A stretch of DNA of 64,000 nucleotides from a virus (taxonomy: Duplodnaviria; Caudoviricetes): positions 192,001 through 256,000 of IMG/VR virus record IMGVR_UViG_3300037501_000111; one strand, given 5' to 3'. The position numbers and the translations under genes are program-made. Positions 49,201 through 56,393 of this stretch are shown here, one piece after another. The first letter of the stretch is position 1, and the number at the start of each line of letters is the position of its first letter. A model generated the notes under the pieces. It worked only from the letters and a program-made list of their open reading frames with translations, had not been told where the DNA came from and ran no database searches.

Positions 49201-50898
49201 CCAACTGTTAATACCCCAAAACTATATCAGGTTGTTAGACCTGATACTGGTGCAAATGCTGGATTTAATCTGGGCGTATTTGCTCAGGCGGGACAGCAAC
49301 AAACTGGCGCAAACGCCAATAACAATGGTGGAAATCTAGTTATTGGTTCTGGTACTGCTGGTACGGGTGGTAGCGGCGCAGCAGGAACTCATGGTACAGT
49401 TGATATTCAAACTGGCCCAACTCTCAAGGTCAGAATTTTCCCAACAGATGCAGCATCTCCGGGACCAAGTGCTAACGATAATAGCATTTTGTACTTCGAG
49501 AATTTGTTTAGAGTCGATACTGCTCAACTAACTCCATTATTTAGGCAAGATGATACTGGTGGTGCAACCGGCCAAACCTACACTATTCAAGCGCAAAATG
49601 CCGCTACAACTGGTGGTGCCCTAATACTAACTTCTGGTACAGGAGCTACTACAGCCGGTGATGTTCAAATTAGAACTGGTGGTGTTGATAAAGTTATTGT
49701 TCATCCATTGTTCACCGAGTTTAGAGATACTGCTGAGGCACTGCGTATCACTCCGGTATCTGCTGGTACAACTCAGATTACATACGCCTCTACTGTAACA
49801 TCTGCCCAGGTTAATCACACTCAGACTGCGTCTACACCAAGTGCGCCGATGACAATCCAGTCTCAGGTGACTACGGCAGCAAGCGGTATTGGTGGAAATC
49901 TAATCTTAATTGCAGGTAATGCAACTGGTACAACTTCTACTGGTGGAAATGCAATACTAACTTCTGGAACTGGTACCACTGTAGCTGGCAATACTCAACT
50001 ACAAACTGGCGGTGTGGACAGAGTAGTTGTACACCCAACATTTACTGAGTTTAGAGATGCTGCTGAAGCTTTACGTATTACTCCAGTATCTGCTGGCACT
50101 ACACAAGTCACATTCGCTTCTACAGTAACTGCTGCTCAGATCAACCAGACCACTACAGGCGGTGCAACTGGCACTAACATGACTGTTCAGGCTCAGAACG
50201 CAGCAACCACTGGTGGTAATCTAGTTCTAACTTCTGGTACAGCAACTACTGCTGGTAATATTCAATTACAAACTGGCGCGGTTGATAGGGTAGTTATTCA
50301 CCCAACGTTCACCGAATTCAGAGACGCTGCTGAGGCATATCGCATTACTCCGGTTTCGTCTGGTGCAACTACGTTGCAAGCCGCAAGCACTGCAACTTCT
50401 GTTACCTACAGACAAGCAGATCTTACTACCGCATCCGGTACTGGAGCAACTACAACAGTTCAGGCTCAAAATGAAACTGGCACTACCTCTACGGGTGGAG
50501 ATCTTAACCTTACCTCAGGTACAGGAACTTCTAATAATGGAAATGTTAACCTACAAGCTGGTGGCGTAACTACTGCTAGGGTAACAACAAATAAGGTTGT
50601 TTACCTAAAGGGGCAGAGAAGAAATGTAACCAGCGTAACTGGTACTTATCAAGTTTTGGTAACTGATGATTACATTGCAATCACCACTCTAGCATCGCCA
50701 TTCACGATCACCTTACCAGCATCCCCAACGACCGGCGATGCCTACACTATTAAAGATGCAGTAGGAAATGCAGCTACCAATAACGTAACAGTTTCAGGTA
50801 ACGGGGCCAATATTGATGGGGCTGCTTCAATCGTATTGAGTCAGAATTATGCGGCTGTAGAGTTAACCTACACCGGAACTCAGTGGAGCATAAGCTAA
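46231..50898 (+). CDS. long tail-fibre-like protein (1555 aa): N-terminal YY..W module, 2 FCCH-like modules, 2 T-modules, beta-helix repeats, C-terminal gp9/gp10-like module
   Basis: AGGAG RBS; multiple internal repeats shared with the other fibre genes. Confidence 0.78.
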   Translation: MAIQYYMRAYNTTLSQYVEWVVNDAPDSIGTFSGYPTNQLVNIIVNRIVQSKVENFLKPNQSLGGTDGLFFHVNSYDWRNAVTPIPPPTGLTGFQIERGVNFIASITAASNASPINITTATNHGLVTGQIVTINGVTGNVAANGSWPITVLGPTNFTLNGSVGSGASSPGGNVFTPRDMSSLIWDETNALWRFVFNTNGDGTSLGASQSLVVNNLFVDGFLALGIDPADTGIIRIPNNQYIFSESNPTGIDIQLIGADLFNRVKLGSTVTDIVYTPGVMVVDGYVQHDGTSDNVAASTGFIRELNNTNIVAFKNVNQAFTDIVALGSNTFNNVIIGDTVNTGTIHNTASGTFSITAATAANPVQITVSTPTTFVTGQSVTINGITGTIGTDPTNGLNGKTFSIVVLNTTQFTLTGSNGTGLAYTSGGTVTTNNVHSFQVGGNTQVEIGAPFVRFPSSIIAPFILQSTAAVSTSGQNMTIQSQNAGLGGSNGGNLTLTTGTGTTNGLINLQTGGVTRVTLSDTTETHIHQTITFANTIANPIITQDTTSSAAGTTLTVQAQATSLAASAGGNLALSSGIGTSQSGNVFIQTGGTTQIVVSPLTIAPSDSTFGPPTTGTVIIKGNLEVQGSMTTVESTVVDIIGRVIHANWADPISSPNISPSTQITGYSIHRGNFGSGIPRDGSAWIWTENPDGYSHAGADGYWRAVTIPGDGIGTDNFTIANSLNIVGVMGNDFAASSDPNPLSGYLAGTGSLRTANNVPVAVSRNLTASTTVAAASNLTTLPQATINVVSTTGFTSSGTLLILSSTGVQTVTYTGTTGTSFTGATGGTGQIITGSIVGQTNRSTTFNGTNGTTLPTATITVASTTGFPASGTLRVVSRTSNNSISPPSVQVITYTGTTATTFTGCSGGTGFLFIGDSVTSVPPVGTQDLVLLGTDFGNRILHGSPNSNTGHIFDTPTGFFYDFQINSISQLQVRGDLDSDSFTRTLTIAPTVNTPKLYQVVRPDTGANAGFNLGVFAQAGQQQTGANANNNGGNLVIGSGTAGTGGSGAAGTHGTVDIQTGPTLKVRIFPTDAASPGPSANDNSILYFENLFRVDTAQLTPLFRQDDTGGATGQTYTIQAQNAATTGGALILTSGTGATTAGDVQIRTGGVDKVIVHPLFTEFRDTAEALRITPVSAGTTQITYASTVTSAQVNHTQTASTPSAPMTIQSQVTTAASGIGGNLILIAGNATGTTSTGGNAILTSGTGTTVAGNTQLQTGGVDRVVVHPTFTEFRDAAEALRITPVSAGTTQVTFASTVTAAQINQTTTGGATGTNMTVQAQNAATTGGNLVLTSGTATTAGNIQLQTGAVDRVVIHPTFTEFRDAAEAYRITPVSSGATTLQAASTATSVTYRQADLTTASGTGATTTVQAQNETGTTSTGGDLNLTSGTGTSNNGNVNLQAGGVTTARVTTNKVVYLKGQRRNVTSVTGTYQVLVTDDYIAITTLASPFTITLPASPTTGDAYTIKDAVGNAATNNVTVSGNGANIDGAASIVLSQNYAAVELTYTGTQWSIS
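49657..50400 (+). repeat. three tandem ~90-110-aa repeats containing VHPTFTEFRDAAEALRITPVS
   Basis: Near-identical peptide and DNA (e.g. gcgtatcactccggtatctgctggtac vs acgtattactccagtatctgctggcac). End coordinates approximate. Confidence 0.85.
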
Positions 50899-51464
50899 TG
50901 AGTTATAGATATTTTGATGGTTATGTAAATCCTGGGCCAGATGGCTACATTAGAATTTCTAGTGATGGCTATAGCATCATTACATCTGATGGATATAATG
51001 TTGCCTTCTTCACTCAGAGCGGAACAGTCTTTGATTCTGCAAAGGGAATTATATATTTGCTTGATAGAACTGTGGCGCCTACATTTGGACCAGCCGGTGG
51101 TGGTTGGCTATATGCAGAAGCAGGAGATGCCTATTGGTACGCTAGTAATAGTATGGTTCAATCCATATCAGGTACACGAATAGTACGACAACTAACAGCA
51201 GATGCAAATTACACTGCAGTACAAGCAGATTATCAAGCCCGAATAATGGAATTCACAAGTTCTCTAAGCTTAACAGCTACAAGAGATATAGTCGTGCCAC
51301 TTGTTTCTGGTTATGAGTGGATTGTGTTCAATAATACAACTGGGGCCCAATCTTTACAATTCATTGGAGCAACTGGTACTGGAGTTACTGTAGCTAACGG
51401 CAAGAGAGCTATTATCTATGCTGACGGCACTAACATTGTCAGGGTAACAGCAGATAACCCGTAA
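50898..51464 (+). CDS. structural/fibre-associated protein
   Basis: TAATG overlap gives start 50898; C-terminus RDIVVP..GYEWIVFNNTTG..VTVANGKRAIIYADGTNIV resembles fibre-associated domains. Confidence 0.65.
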   Translation: MSYRYFDGYVNPGPDGYIRISSDGYSIITSDGYNVAFFTQSGTVFDSAKGIIYLLDRTVAPTFGPAGGGWLYAEAGDAYWYASNSMVQSISGTRIVRQLTADANYTAVQADYQARIMEFTSSLSLTATRDIVVPLVSGYEWIVFNNTTGAQSLQFIGATGTGVTVANGKRAIIYADGTNIVRVTADNP

Positions 51465-51468
51465 CTAT

Positions 51469-51978
51469 CTAGACTCTCTCGTATATTACAACCATAGCTT
51501 TTAAATCTTCCTTTTCGGGAGCTAGCTTCAGTATTTGCTTGATATTAAATTCTAATGGATTAATCCATGGGAAACGTGCAGATTCTTGGCCATATGTGGC
51601 ATCAATCCAATTTGGAACGACAGTTAAATGAATTTCTTCGGCAAATTCCATACCAGCTTCATAAATACGTTCACCACCCATAATCCAAACATCTTTATTA
51701 TTATCGCAAGTATCAAGTGCTTCTGGCACAGATGCAAACACTTCAATACCATCATTGTTCAAAACTCCAAGCCCATTAGCTAAGCGGCTGATGACTATGT
51801 TTCTTCGATTGGGTAAGGGCCTACTATTGATGGATTCAAAAGTTTTCCTACCCATGATAACCGTAGAGTTCTTTGTTTTATTAGCAAAGAGCCTCATGTC
51901 CTCTGGATAATGCCATGGTAATTTCCCATCTAGACCAATATATCCATTTTGTGAGACGGCTGCAATCATTTTAATCAT
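51469..51978 (-). CDS. folA: dihydrofolate reductase
   Basis: MIAAVSQNGYIGLDGKLPW, VIMGRKTFESI..RPLPNRRNIVISR, IMGGERIY. Confidence 0.93.
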   Translation of the reverse strand: MIKMIAAVSQNGYIGLDGKLPWHYPEDMRLFANKTKNSTVIMGRKTFESINSRPLPNRRNIVISRLANGLGVLNNDGIEVFASVPEALDTCDNNKDVWIMGGERIYEAGMEFAEEIHLTVVPNWIDATYGQESARFPWINPLEFNIKQILKLAPEKEDLKAMVVIYERV

Positions 51979-51987
51979 AGCAATACC

Positions 51988-52239
51988 TTATATAAATGCC
52001 GATAGTTTTTTTAGTCTTATTATTTCTTGAGTTAGTTCTGCAAGAAATTCTTCCTGGTTAATATCTTTATCTATACGCAATCTCTCTTCAAATTTGCACA
52101 TGACGGTTGGCTCTAAAGCTATATTGAACCCTATTACAATATACCATGAACTCTTTGGCATCCTCGTAATAACTCGAAGCGCTTGCAAAGCAATGTCTTG
52201 AATAGAGACTGCTGCCCATGGTCCTCCCCAATATTCCAT
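51988..52239 (-). CDS. small hypothetical protein ending in LSAFI
   Basis: 83-aa ORF; start uncertain (see finding on 52088-52345). Confidence 0.5.
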   Translation of the reverse strand: MEYWGGPWAAVSIQDIALQALRVITRMPKSSWYIVIGFNIALEPTVMCKFEERLRIDKDINQEEFLAELTQEIIRLKKLSAFI

Positions 52240-52337
52240 GCCAGTAAAAACCTATAGCATACCCCTGGTTAGTTTTAATTATCTCAGAACCACTAGAGCC
52301 AAACACACCAGGTAAAGCTCCGGTCATTCCAGAAATA

Positions 52338-52985
52338 TTAGCCATAAATTTTTTCCTTAGTCCAACCAAATGCATCTAACGATAGTTTAAAAGCATCAGT
52401 ATCAGAAACTTGTTTTAGCATTGCTTTAGCTAAATTTTGCACTTCGAGTTGGGCGCTTTCTTCATTACGCAATCCTTGGAAATGCATAAAAGATCGGAAA
52501 TTAAACATTACGTCAGCCGTTAGTTGGTGATTGTAAGGTAGATAGAAACGTGCGCTTTCTTTAGCACGTTTACGACTATACCCTTTTGCAACTAATCTTT
52601 CCAGAGTGACATGATATTTCTTGAAGGATTCATTATAGTGATCTAATAGTAACGCCTGCTCTTCTTCCGGCCAATCTTGTGGAATGAAACCCTTTTCTTC
52701 TTGTAGTTTCTTGTAGCGAGCTGATTCGCCATTTACTGAAACACCAATTCTGTGTTTAAGAATATGAATATGTGTTGCAATGTCCGTGGTGACTAGGAAG
52801 TGTAAAGAGGATTTTTCAAATGGAGTATGATGCCCATTCTCTGCCAGCATGATAAGTAATTTTCCCATGCGACCTTTCTTCTCTTCAGTCAAATCTCTAG
52901 AAGTTGAAGTCCAGGCGGAGAGCGCATGTGTTTCATCAGAGCCGTAGTAGCCTACTAGCTCTACTAAATTGTCATGTTCTTTCAT
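52338..52985 (-). CDS. thyX: FAD-dependent thymidylate synthase
   Basis: GHHTPFE, KHRIGVSVNGESARY (RHR..SxR variant), ARFYLP, FNFRSFMHF..LR...AQLEV. Confidence 0.88.
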   Translation of the reverse strand: MKEHDNLVELVGYYGSDETHALSAWTSTSRDLTEEKKGRMGKLLIMLAENGHHTPFEKSSLHFLVTTDIATHIHILKHRIGVSVNGESARYKKLQEEKGFIPQDWPEEEQALLLDHYNESFKKYHVTLERLVAKGYSRKRAKESARFYLPYNHQLTADVMFNFRSFMHFQGLRNEESAQLEVQNLAKAMLKQVSDTDAFKLSLDAFGWTKEKIYG

Positions 52986-52997
52986 GTCTTATCCTAA

Positions 52998-53636
52998 TTA
53001 TTTAGCTGTTGTTATCAAATCAGAAATCATCTTGTTCAAAGCAGGATCAGAGGCGGACTCCGGGTTACCAGCTTTAATATTGGCAGCTTCTGCCGCAAAT
53101 CTTGCATCCTCGCCAAATGGCATCATCCAGTAATATGACGAGTTCTTAAAATTGTTTGCATAATATGGTCCAGAAAGTGATGGATCTATTCCGTGTAGTT
53201 CGTAACCAACTCTCATACTAACAAAATAAGCCCTTCTCTCCGAAGACGCTCTAAAGGGAGCTGGCCAGGGCGCTAAGCACAATAAAGATAAAGGTATTAC
53301 AATCTTCCAAGATAGAAGAAATAGTAACAGTAACATAGGAAGTGCTAGAATTTGAGGGAACAAATAGCCAAGCTTAAACTTTGTGCCCAATCTCTTTTCA
53401 TCGTATATGTGGGTACATTCGTGAATAAAAACACCAGTTACAGATTTGTCTTCTACATATTCTTTACTTGGAAAATAAATGGTGTCACCAATAGTAGTAA
53501 CAAATGAAGTCATAAATGCTGGATTAAAAAACATCAACATTCCAAGAAACTTCATGAAAGGATCTTGGTCTTTGTATTTGATTTTCAAATTAGGAAAGTA
53601 AATCTGAGCTTTTGCGACGAGTTCATTAAATGCCAT
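52998..53636 (-). CDS. HExxH zincin-like metalloprotein with a hydrophobic segment
   Basis: FIHECTH, downstream ERRAY, putative TM helix. Confidence 0.6.
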   Translation of the reverse strand: MAFNELVAKAQIYFPNLKIKYKDQDPFMKFLGMLMFFNPAFMTSFVTTIGDTIYFPSKEYVEDKSVTGVFIHECTHIYDEKRLGTKFKLGYLFPQILALPMLLLLFLLSWKIVIPLSLLCLAPWPAPFRASSERRAYFVSMRVGYELHGIDPSLSGPYYANNFKNSSYYWMMPFGEDARFAAEAANIKAGNPESASDPALNKMISDLITTAK

Positions 53637-53730
53637 GTTTACCCTATTTCTTGGACTGTAATTTCTGTTGGCAGAAATCCAAAGGTGGCCCGTTTAAAAG
53701 GTATGTCTTTAAAGCCCCCAGCTTTTGGAT

Positions 53731-53925
53731 TTATAATGAGCCGCCAGCCCAGTAGATAATTATTGCAAACATCATATCTACAGTCTTCAGTTTCAAATAT
53801 GATGCCGCTGTAATCTTTACATGAATATTTTTTTCGTATTCCAGATTGGCCGGATAAACAAAAAGATATTTATCCAATCTATATTCCTTAAGAGATGCTA
53901 CACTCTCTTTTTTTGAATCTTCCAT
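53731..53925 (-). CDS. small hypothetical protein
   Basis: 64-aa ORF; overlaps the 53888..54067 ORF by 38 nt. Confidence 0.4.
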   Translation of the reverse strand: MEDSKKESVASLKEYRLDKYLFVYPANLEYEKNIHVKITAASYLKLKTVDMMFAIIIYWAGGSL

Positions 53926-54067
53926 AGACTATTCCACCTATAAACCCAGTTAAGCCAGCCGCGAAACCTAGCCAGCAACCAAATTTTACTCCTGTATATA
54001 GAGCTTGTGCCATCACTAACCCAAAGAACATCCAGGCTAATGATTTACATATTTTACACAGATTCAT
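53888..54067 (-). CDS. 59-aa membrane protein (not in ORF track; holin-like candidate)
   Basis: Manual translation MNLCKICKSLAWMFFGLVMAQALYTGVKFGCWLGFAAGLTGFIGGIVYGRFKKRECSIS; ATGA overlap with the upstream stop. Confidence 0.6.
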   Translation of the reverse strand: MNLCKICKSLAWMFFGLVMAQALYTGVKFGCWLGFAAGLTGFIGGIVYGRFKKRECSIS

Positions 54068-54258
54068 TTCTTCCCAAAGAAATACTTATAGTCAACATAA
54101 GAAAAATAACCAAATGGCACCAGTAATGTGGTAAGTACTACCGGCATAATAACTGGTAGACCTGACGCAATTGACCACACGAGACCGCCAAGTAGTGCAA
54201 CATTGGTAAGTGCTGTAGCGGATGCTGTAATGACTTTGATGGTAGTTTTAAAGTCCAT
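54064..54258 (-). CDS. small two-TM membrane protein (holin-like candidate)
   Basis: GAGG RBS before ATG 54258; two hydrophobic segments, basic C-terminus FFGKK. Confidence 0.6.
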   Translation of the reverse strand: MDFKTTIKVITASATALTNVALLGGLVWSIASGLPVIMPVVLTTLLVPFGYFSYVDYKYFFGKK

Positions 54259-54265
54259 AATAACC

Positions 54266-55309
54266 TCATTTAATGATAACATCGTGGGGATGAGATTCTC
54301 TCAATCCAGCGCTGGTTATCCTAATAAATGTCGGATTATCCTTAAGTTCTTCTAAATTATGAGATCCTTGATATGAGCAACCAGACTGTAATCCTTCAAT
54401 AAGTTTAGTCATTATGTTCTGGAACGTGCCCTTATAGGGAACCAAAGCGGCCACACCTTCAACGTGATTAGTCTTGTGCGTCGAGCTGCCAACATATTCT
54501 TTGTAGATAACCTTATCAATCTCTACACGGCGACCTGGTGCTTCTTCACATCCTGCAAACAGGTTGCCGATCATTACCATATCAGCAAAGCATAAAGCTT
54601 TTACAATATCACCAGCACTCTTAATGCCACCATCGGAGATGAAGCGAAATTGTCGTTTCTTTTCATTAGGATAACGCTTAGTGCGCTCTAATTCATTTAA
54701 CTGTCGTTGTACTTCTGCTACGTCTGAAAGGGCCGTAAACTGTGGAACACCATTACCAGTCTCTATTCTAGTAGTACATAAACTACCTGGACCTACACCC
54801 ACTTTTACTACATCTGCACCGGCTTCCCATAATCTGCGGGCACCTTCCCCTGTAGCTACATTACCGGAAATAACAAACATGTCTGGATACGTGTTCTTAA
54901 TCCAATTAGTCATTTCAACACACATCTTAGAGTCTCCGTGTGCTACATCAATGCAGACTATCCGAATACCAGCATTTCTAAAATGAGCAACCATTTCCTT
55001 ATCAGATAACTTTACACCAACAGATACAGCGAAGTTTTCATTACCATGATTATCCACCATATAGTTAGCTAATCGTAGTTGTTCTTTATCTTCCATGAAA
55101 CGGTGTAAAATAGCTAGGCCACCACTTTTGATAATCTTGACAGCCATTTCTTCACCGATAACCGTTTTCATGTTGGCTGGAATAATTGGATGCGCAAAAT
55201 GTAAACATCCCCATTTCACCGAAACATCTACGTCTTTTGAGCGACTCTCTACGTCGGAATGTTGGGGAACTAAAAGCACATCGTCAAATGTCAGACCTTC
55301 ACGAATCAT
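54266..55309 (-). CDS. IMP dehydrogenase/GMP reductase family enzyme lacking CBS domains
   Basis: GLTFDDVLLVP, PANM, DVAHGDS, GNVAT, catalytic loop GVGPGSLCTTR, DGGI, EG..VPYKG; GGAGG RBS. Confidence 0.9.
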   Translation of the reverse strand: MIREGLTFDDVLLVPQHSDVESRSKDVDVSVKWGCLHFAHPIIPANMKTVIGEEMAVKIIKSGGLAILHRFMEDKEQLRLANYMVDNHGNENFAVSVGVKLSDKEMVAHFRNAGIRIVCIDVAHGDSKMCVEMTNWIKNTYPDMFVISGNVATGEGARRLWEAGADVVKVGVGPGSLCTTRIETGNGVPQFTALSDVAEVQRQLNELERTKRYPNEKKRQFRFISDGGIKSAGDIVKALCFADMVMIGNLFAGCEEAPGRRVEIDKVIYKEYVGSSTHKTNHVEGVAALVPYKGTFQNIMTKLIEGLQSGCSYQGSHNLEELKDNPTFIRITSAGLRESHPHDVIIK

Positions 55310-55397
55310 GGGTTACCTCCAATAAGAAGCCAGAAGCGATATAACGTTCGCCATAATAATGCATATTAGACGAGACTAATTTAACTGAAACAGGGAT

Positions 55398-55425
55398 AAG
55401 ATAATGATTTAATTATCTTTGTCAA
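55398..55425 (-). promoter_or_regulatory. sigma-70-like promoter TTGACA-N16-TATCTT
   Basis: Intergenic, upstream of the leftward IMPDH-thyX-folA block. Confidence 0.55.
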
Positions 55426-55464
55426 GTCCGCAGTAAAGAAAATCATTAGTAAGTCAGGAGTTTT

Positions 55465-56391
55465 ATGAGCCTAGATATTTTCAAATTGATTCAGGATTTG
55501 ATCAATAGCCTATTTGGCTCAAAACCAAAGGGAGATTCGTCGATGCCAGACCCAGTAGACAACTCATCAACACCAGCCGAAACACCAGCCGAGACTCAAC
55601 CCGAGATAAATCCAGATTCCGGACCAGCGCCTACTACGAGTTCAATCCCGGATCGCAACCCTTATTCAGTCACAGGTTCAGAGTTTGTCCAAGCAAATTT
55701 AAATTTAGTTGGTGCTGCTCGTGAAGCTAATATTTTAAAGGAGTTTCAAGAAGGCAATATCCCTGACTTCTTAAGAAACTTTGTAGAAATAACAGTTTCC
55801 GATGGTTCTAATACTATTGTCTATAAAGTAATGGCAGATTACCTTTGTATTGGAAGTGATGAGGATTATGTCAGAGTACCAATGAATCCTCACACAGCAC
55901 AATCTATTGCCGACCAATATGATTGTACTTTAATTACTAGAAAAATGGTCAATGATATTTGGAAACAGTCAATAAATAAATTATCACCAAAACCATGGGG
56001 CCCACCATATAACTCTGATATGGAAAAAACGCACCGAATTGGTACGCACAGCAATACTATTCAAAAACAATTAATTGCTAATGGACAAAATCCATTTGCA
56101 CTTACATCCGGTCATAAGAAAGATGTTGTTTTAACAAACAAGTTAGCGCCGAATAACCCTGCTAAAAGAGTTGCGATATATGGTTGGATACAACCTAACG
56201 GGCAACCAATTCAGGGTTTAAACCCAACTAGTCACGATGATAAATATGCTGACTATAGTCATGGTATTAGATTGGCCGACAATATTTCTGTTGTTAATGG
56301 CCAATCAATGAGAATGAGAGATGTATTCAAACATCCTGTTTATTCTAAACTAGTCAGTGATGAAGGTCCCCTTAATTTCTTGAGCTACTAA
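55465..56391 (+). CDS. conserved-looking hypothetical enzyme with N-terminal amphipathic helix and IYGW..H..Y.DYSHG motif
   Basis: AGGAG RBS; homologous to the N-terminal half of 56394..57770. Confidence 0.7.
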   Translation: MSLDIFKLIQDLINSLFGSKPKGDSSMPDPVDNSSTPAETPAETQPEINPDSGPAPTTSSIPDRNPYSVTGSEFVQANLNLVGAAREANILKEFQEGNIPDFLRNFVEITVSDGSNTIVYKVMADYLCIGSDEDYVRVPMNPHTAQSIADQYDCTLITRKMVNDIWKQSINKLSPKPWGPPYNSDMEKTHRIGTHSNTIQKQLIANGQNPFALTSGHKKDVVLTNKLAPNNPAKRVAIYGWIQPNGQPIQGLNPTSHDDKYADYSHGIRLADNISVVNGQSMRMRDVFKHPVYSKLVSDEGPLNFLSY

Positions 56392-56393
56392 CA

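Noticed and set aside
25437-51464. Diversity-generating retroelement acting on the fibre or lectin genes
   Set aside because: No reverse transcriptase in the window and no TR/VR pair differing specifically at adenines; repeat differences are ordinary substitutions. An RT elsewhere in the genome cannot be excluded.
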